A DNA stretch of 63,098 nucleotides, counting the filler, from an uncultured Methanosarcinales archaeon (lineage in GTDB: Archaea; Nanobdellota; Nanobdellia; Woesearchaeales; CAYNLP01): assembly GCA_964398115.1 (NCBI GenBank). It is 3 parts of 3 records of this genome, joined end to end, with 100 filler letters (N's around TTAATTAATTAA, not from the genome) between each part and the next. Parts side by side here need not be neighbours in the genome. Positions count along the whole stretch, not along the records: positions 58,425 to 63,098 come from CAYNLP010000037.1; 2 more parts are not named here. One strand, given 5' to 3'. Below the pieces are notes generated by a model that saw only the letters and a program-made list of their open reading frames with translations, did not search any database and was not told the origin of the DNA. A program made the translations under genes and the position numbers. Shown here in pieces: positions 58,502-63,098 of this stretch; positions within the stretch are counted from its first letter, which is position 1, and each line of letters opens with the position of its first letter.

Positions 58502-61372
58502 ATGGTATGGGACGGAATGGCACATAGCAATGGTGTGCAAGGAAGAGAGAAACTACTACAAGTTTTCATAGCTCTACTCATATTTCTACCTGCAGTTTCT
58601 GGATTGAGTATAGACGTTACTGCTCCCGATAGCGTGCGAGAAGGTGAAACTTTAAGAGTAAACTTCACAGTACACAACGCAACGAACGCTAGCACTTACA
58701 TATACAAGAATGACGCTCTTGTGGAAACAGGTACTGAACACATCTGGGATACTGGATTGAATGACAGCGGAATTTATGAGTTTAAATTCAAAGCTAACAC
58801 TACGAACGAATCATCAGAACAAAATAGGACAGTAGAAGTTTTAGAATCAGACACTAGTATCAATATTGAATCACCTCCAAGTGGAGTTATTAATGAAAGA
58901 GAAATAACAATTTCAGCTTTTACTTCAGCCACAAGTTGCACTTACAACATAAATGACGATTATAGTGGAGATTTAAACAAAGATGGTGAAAAATGGTACA
59001 AGACAGTATCGTTAGATGAAGACAGAGTTTATAACTTGACAGTTTCATGTAGTGGCGGAGGAGAAACAAATAGTGAAAACAGAATTTTCATAGTTGACAC
59101 TACTACTCCTATCATCAAGGATACCAGTCCTGATGGTAGTTATACTGGTACACCGGTACCATTAGAAGTCAAAACTAATGAAAACGCGATTTGTAAATAT
59201 AGTCGAAATGATGTTAAATTTGAAGATATGAGTAGTAAATTTTCACAAACAGGAGGGACGAATCATAAACAGTTAGTGGATATACAATCACAAGGTGAGG
59301 CAACTTTCTACGCTGCTTGTAAGGACAGACACGAAAATGTGATGCAGGGGAATTCTAAGATAACTTTCCAAGTTAATTTGAAACCCACGGCAGAAGTAAT
59401 GATAGAAGATCAAGGAAGTCATGATCATTTGAAAACAGGAACTTATCAGGTTAATGTCAAGACGAGTGAACCTGTGATAAATCCTGAATTGACTTATTCC
59501 TTTAGTAAGGAAAACAGAGAAAGAGAAGTAACGCTTCAAGGAGGAGAAACAAGCTGGGAAGGTTTCATATCAATACCGGAAAGCGTTGATAGTGACGTTG
59601 GAAGTTTCAACTTTAAAGCAAAAGACATGACTGATCAAGCCGGTACTCAAATCACCAAAGGTAAAATATTCTTGGTTGACACTAAGCCTCCACAACCTGT
59701 TGAAGACTTCAAAGTTACACAAAAGGGTATCGACGCAGAGCTTGAATGGATATATGAAGGAGAAAATGTCGATCATTTCGCCATTTACAGAGATACGAGT
59801 AAAAATGTCGATAAACTTGACAAATGGGATGAAACTAGTAGGAAAAAATACATTGACAGAAGCGTCTTATTAGATAGAGAATATTATTATAGAGTAGCCC
59901 CCGTTGACAAAGCCGGTAATATAGGCGAGCTTAGTAAAACTATGAAGATAACGATTAAATCAAATGGTTCAACAAAGGAAACTGATCCTAAAGTTATTAG
60001 TAAGTTGAATGAAACACAAAGTCATTTGCAAAGTAAATTATTTGATGTTGAAAACGCTTTGAAGAATTTAAGAAATACTGAAGATAATGCAAAGTTGAAA
60101 GTCATACAACATTTCAATCTAATTGAAAAAGCTGAAAATGCTCGAGAAGAAATAGAATCTTTGAAGGATGAGATTGATAAGTTGAAGATTGTTGGATTAA
60201 GTGAGAAAGAAGCTAAGAAGAGAGTAAAAGTTTTCTTGGAAAACGCTGATGAATCCATGAGTAAAGTGGTTTCCGAAGTTAAAGTTTTAGACAGTACTGA
60301 ACATGAACAAGCACTTTCAGGATCTGACATTGATGAAGCCGTGAATCAAATACTTCTTAGAGAACAGTTGCCAGATTCTCAAAAACCGCGTTACAAACAG
60401 GAGATGAGAACCTTGCAGGATCAAATTGATGTGAATTTACATAGCACCGTAGCCAAGATTAGTTATCTTAACAAACCATCTAAAAAATTGACATTGATAC
60501 ATAAAAAGATTTTATCGGAAAAACGTGTTAACGACGCTATCATTATAGAGAAAATTCCGAAGGAGGTGGCTGCAAACGCTGATTTAATTAATTATGAAAC
60601 AGAACCTACAGTTTTGAAATCCGACCCTATTGTTAAATGGAGTGAAGATCAACTTACCAATAAGGATTTGTATTACCACGTTGATGAAGAGGTTGAATTG
60701 AGTGATGTTAAGTCTACTAAAACTGTGGTTTTGAAACAACCCAGGGTTGAAGAAACTAATTCTAGCAATGAAGTAACTGGTTCTGTAACCGGGAGTGATT
60801 CTTCGAAAAATAATTCTTGGAGTAAAATATTGCTTTTCATTGGTGTATTAATGGCTGGTGGGTTATTGTTTTATTACATTAGTTTTGTTAAGGAAAGCCA
60901 TGTGCATCAACGACATAAGATAGTGCCCAGTAAATCCCAGAATGTGTCTCGAAATAGACAAGGGGGTAACAAACATCCTGAACAAGCTTTACAGATACAC
61001 AGTCTTATTAGGAAGGCTCATTCTGAAGTGAATGAGGTCAGATTTGAAGATGCGTTAGCAACTTATAAACAAGCTTTGGGTAGTTTAGAGGATCAGGATT
61101 TGCATGAAAGATATGAGAAGAAGTTTAGCAAGGATGTAGCTAAGGTTTATGACAAGCTACGGTTGATTTTAAAAGTTAAACATGCACATCACGCGGTTGA
61201 TACAAAAGATTTGAATAAATTGAAGGATGTAATGTTTGAGATAAAAGAATTGTATCATGAGTTAGAAGGGAATAGTGAATTAGCTGAGTATGTGCGTAAG
61301 AGTTATTCTTACTTTATTAATCATTTGAAAAATCTTGACAGGGAAGAGTTTTTCAATAATTTGGAATTATAA
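58502..61372 (+). CDS. Large cell-surface protein: Ig/FN3 domains, coiled coil, TM and cytoplasmic helical module
   Basis: Signal peptide; DTxPP repeats; YYYRVAPVDKAGN FN3 motif; TM near aa 780. Confidence 0.82.
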   Translation: MVWDGMAHSNGVQGREKLLQVFIALLIFLPAVSGLSIDVTAPDSVREGETLRVNFTVHNATNASTYIYKNDALVETGTEHIWDTGLNDSGIYEFKFKANTTNESSEQNRTVEVLESDTSINIESPPSGVINEREITISAFTSATSCTYNINDDYSGDLNKDGEKWYKTVSLDEDRVYNLTVSCSGGGETNSENRIFIVDTTTPIIKDTSPDGSYTGTPVPLEVKTNENAICKYSRNDVKFEDMSSKFSQTGGTNHKQLVDIQSQGEATFYAACKDRHENVMQGNSKITFQVNLKPTAEVMIEDQGSHDHLKTGTYQVNVKTSEPVINPELTYSFSKENREREVTLQGGETSWEGFISIPESVDSDVGSFNFKAKDMTDQAGTQITKGKIFLVDTKPPQPVEDFKVTQKGIDAELEWIYEGENVDHFAIYRDTSKNVDKLDKWDETSRKKYIDRSVLLDREYYYRVAPVDKAGNIGELSKTMKITIKSNGSTKETDPKVISKLNETQSHLQSKLFDVENALKNLRNTEDNAKLKVIQHFNLIEKAENAREEIESLKDEIDKLKIVGLSEKEAKKRVKVFLENADESMSKVVSEVKVLDSTEHEQALSGSDIDEAVNQILLREQLPDSQKPRYKQEMRTLQDQIDVNLHSTVAKISYLNKPSKKLTLIHKKILSEKRVNDAIIIEKIPKEVAANADLINYETEPTVLKSDPIVKWSEDQLTNKDLYYHVDEEVELSDVKSTKTVVLKQPRVEETNSSNEVTGSVTGSDSSKNNSWSKILLFIGVLMAGGLLFYYISFVKESHVHQRHKIVPSKSQNVSRNRQGGNKHPEQALQIHSLIRKAHSEVNEVRFEDALATYKQALGSLEDQDLHERYEKKFSKDVAKVYDKLRLILKVKHAHHAVDTKDLNKLKDVMFEIKELYHELEGNSELAEYVRKSYSYFINHLKNLDREEFFNNLEL

Positions 61373-61411
61373 ACAGTTTTAAATAAGGCTAAAAGAGTTT
61401 TAGAAGAAAAA

Positions 61412-61969
61412 ATGGTTTTGGAAATTTTGGAGAATACTTGGGAAACGTATACTGCTATTAATCCTATTATTCAAAGGATTTTGGTTTCTACACTGATTCT
61501 TTTAATGGGTTTAATAGCTGGTAAATTGGTTGGTAAGTTTGTTAAGCGTTTACTTGCTCAGGTTGAAGCTGACAAGCATATTAAGAATGCTTTGAATGTT
61601 GGTTTTTCGGCTGAAGAAAGCGTTGGTAATTTTGTTACGTACTTCATTTATTTCTTAGCTGTTATTATGGCTTTGGATAGTTTAGGGGTTACCAGCGCTG
61701 TTTTGAACATGCTTGCTGGTATTGTGATTTTATTGTTGTTGGTTAGTGTAATTCTAGCGATTAAGGATTTCGTTCCTAATGCTATGGCGGGTGTTATGAT
61801 GAAAATGAAAGATGAGTATTATGAAGGGTCGGAGATTAAGATTAAGAACATTAGTGGAGTGATTGAAGAGATTGGCGTGTTAGAAACTCGTATTAAAGGT
61901 GAAGATGGGGAGTATATATTGGTTCCTAATAGTGTCTTTACTAAGCATGAAACTTTTGTGAGAGATTAA
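61412..61969 (+). CDS. Short MscS-family protein
   Basis: Three TMs; KDFVPN; G.IEEIG..ET...VPNS. Confidence 0.85.
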   Translation: MVLEILENTWETYTAINPIIQRILVSTLILLMGLIAGKLVGKFVKRLLAQVEADKHIKNALNVGFSAEESVGNFVTYFIYFLAVIMALDSLGVTSAVLNMLAGIVILLLLVSVILAIKDFVPNAMAGVMMKMKDEYYEGSEIKIKNISGVIEEIGVLETRIKGEDGEYILVPNSVFTKHETFVRD

Positions 61970-62229
61970 GCTTCTATTAATTCACTTTCTAAAGCTGCTA
62001 GTTGGCTGAGAATACTCCATATTTGTGTTCGGACAAATTGTGGTATGTTCACGTCTTCACTAAGGTCTTCTAATTCGTTTTGGGCTTTGTTGATGACGAG
62101 GCTCAGCTCACCTTCTCGGTTTTGAAATTCTTCGATGAGTTCGTTTAGAGTTTCTTCTACGCTTTGAGGAACTTCTGGATCGTTCTTTAATTGTTCCAGC
62201 GAGCCGATGACCTCGTCAACGTTTGTCAT
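61966..62229 (-). CDS. UPF0147 family protein
   Basis: DPEVP and DVNIPQFVRTQIW motifs. Confidence 0.9.
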   Translation of the reverse strand: MTNVDEVIGSLEQLKNDPEVPQSVEETLNELIEEFQNREGELSLVINKAQNELEDLSEDVNIPQFVRTQIWSILSQLAALESELIEA

Positions 62230-62232
62230 GGT

Positions 62233-62565
62233 TTATCCCTGCATGTTGCCCATGAGTTCTTGTTGTAGGTTTTGAGCTTTTTCTTTAAGTTGGCTTTCTT
62301 GGTTTTCTAAACTTTTGCTTCTTTTTTCAAGTTTTTCTTTCTTTTCTTCTAATTCTTCTCTTAAACTGTCTTTGTCTCGGGAAACCATGATGTTTCCGAT
62401 TATCTTGTAAGCTTCTCCTTCTCCTTCAAGCTCGTCGAGGGCGCTTTCGACTTCTACAAGTTGAGATTCTGTCATCTGCTTTTGCATTGAGAAGTTCTGC
62501 ATGTTTTGCTCCATTTGTTGGAGCTGACCGATTTTTTGTTGCATATCTTCTTTTTCATCACTCAT
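62233..62565 (-). CDS. pfdB: Prefoldin beta subunit
   Basis: Coiled coils flanking YKIIGNIMV; conserved gene context. Confidence 0.93.
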   Translation of the reverse strand: MSDEKEDMQQKIGQLQQMEQNMQNFSMQKQMTESQLVEVESALDELEGEGEAYKIIGNIMVSRDKDSLREELEEKKEKLEKRSKSLENQESQLKEKAQNLQQELMGNMQG

Positions 62566-62571
62566 TGTATC

Positions 62572-62799
62572 TTAAACCTCTTTCATTTTTTCGTAAACTT
62601 TGAGTTTTTTTGCGATTGCATCCAGGACTGCTCGCAACGCGCTTGCGTCTTGAGCATTTATCTCGAATACAATTTCTTCATCTCGTCTTAATACTTTATA
62701 GTTTGCACGATTGTTTTTGAAATCTTTATCTTCTGCCTCGAAAACTTTGTAGATGTTGTCTGCATCGCCCTCTGCGGTGAGAGTGGCTTCGTATTTCAT
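62572..62799 (-). CDS. pcc1: KEOPS complex subunit Pcc1
   Basis: I.AQDASALRA motif; lies between rpo12 and pfdB. Confidence 0.85.
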   Translation of the reverse strand: MKYEATLTAEGDADNIYKVFEAEDKDFKNNRANYKVLRRDEEIVFEINAQDASALRAVLDAIAKKLKVYEKMKEV

Positions 62800-62933
62800 C
62801 GTGCTTTTACAGTGGTGGGTTGTGTTCTTTCTTTATAGATGATTTTTGACCCACAATATACGCATCTGATTTTTTTGCGGATATGTTTTTCTTTGATAGT
62901 TTTGTTACAGTCGAAGCATTTGTATTCACTCAT
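62796..62933 (-). CDS. rpoP: RNA polymerase subunit P (Rpo12) (not in ORF track)
   Basis: MSEYKCFDC...IRCVYCGSKIIYKER...VKAR. Confidence 0.93.
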   Translation of the reverse strand: MSEYKCFDCNKTIKEKHIRKKIRCVYCGSKIIYKERTQPTTVKAR

Positions 62934-63098
62934 TGACGGACACCTCTTCCTTGAAGCTTTCTTCCAAGTCTGTTCTAATATCTTCTGTTTCTTTAACTTC
63001 GTATGCTTTGTTTGTGAAGGTAGTGTCGCATTTTCTGCAGTGCCAGATCCCGACTGCTTTTCTTTTCACTTTTTTGTATTTGCAGTATCGGCATTTGA
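62926..63098 (-). CDS. rpl37ae: Ribosomal protein L37Ae (5'-truncated by window edge)
   Basis: KCRYC...VKRKAVGIWHCRKC motif. Confidence 0.93.
   Translation of the reverse strand, partial: KCRYCKYKKVKRKAVGIWHCRKCDTTFTNKAYEVKETEDIRTDLEESFKEEVSVNE

Overview
Draft-assembly window from a DPANN-type archaeon, most likely Woesearchaeota-like. The lineage call is inferred from archaeal ribosomal proteins L1/P0/L12/L37Ae, Cbf5, Dph5, archease, RtcB, Cdc6, Pcc1, prefoldin and Rpo12, from TATA-type promoters, and from a very acidic proteome. It comprises three contigs joined by artificial N-TTAATTAATTAA-N linkers (29945-30044, 58325-58424), plus three 10-N gaps. Most genes are housekeeping (translation, RNA processing, central metabolism, ion transport), interspersed with orphan and surface proteins. 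No CRISPR array, rRNA or transposase was seen. Main observations: (1) an unannotated 49-aa ORF, coupled by ATGA overlaps between a metal-binding TIM-barrel enzyme and a SAM methyltransferase, that copies the enzyme's own C-terminal tail, inside an uncharacterised gene cluster (39917-45699); (2) a saw-tooth G+T versus A+C strand skew that is independent of gene direction; (3) a 22-32 bp palindromic element in three divergent intergenic regions, at or near skew steps; (4) a hairpin-rich insert splitting a phosphoesterase gene; (5) a permuted L1-binding leader; (6) a tRNA-Val with C33; (7) a two-domain multicopper oxidase/cupredoxin pair and a bacterial-type RNase HIII. All family assignments come from motif recognition by eye; no searches were run.
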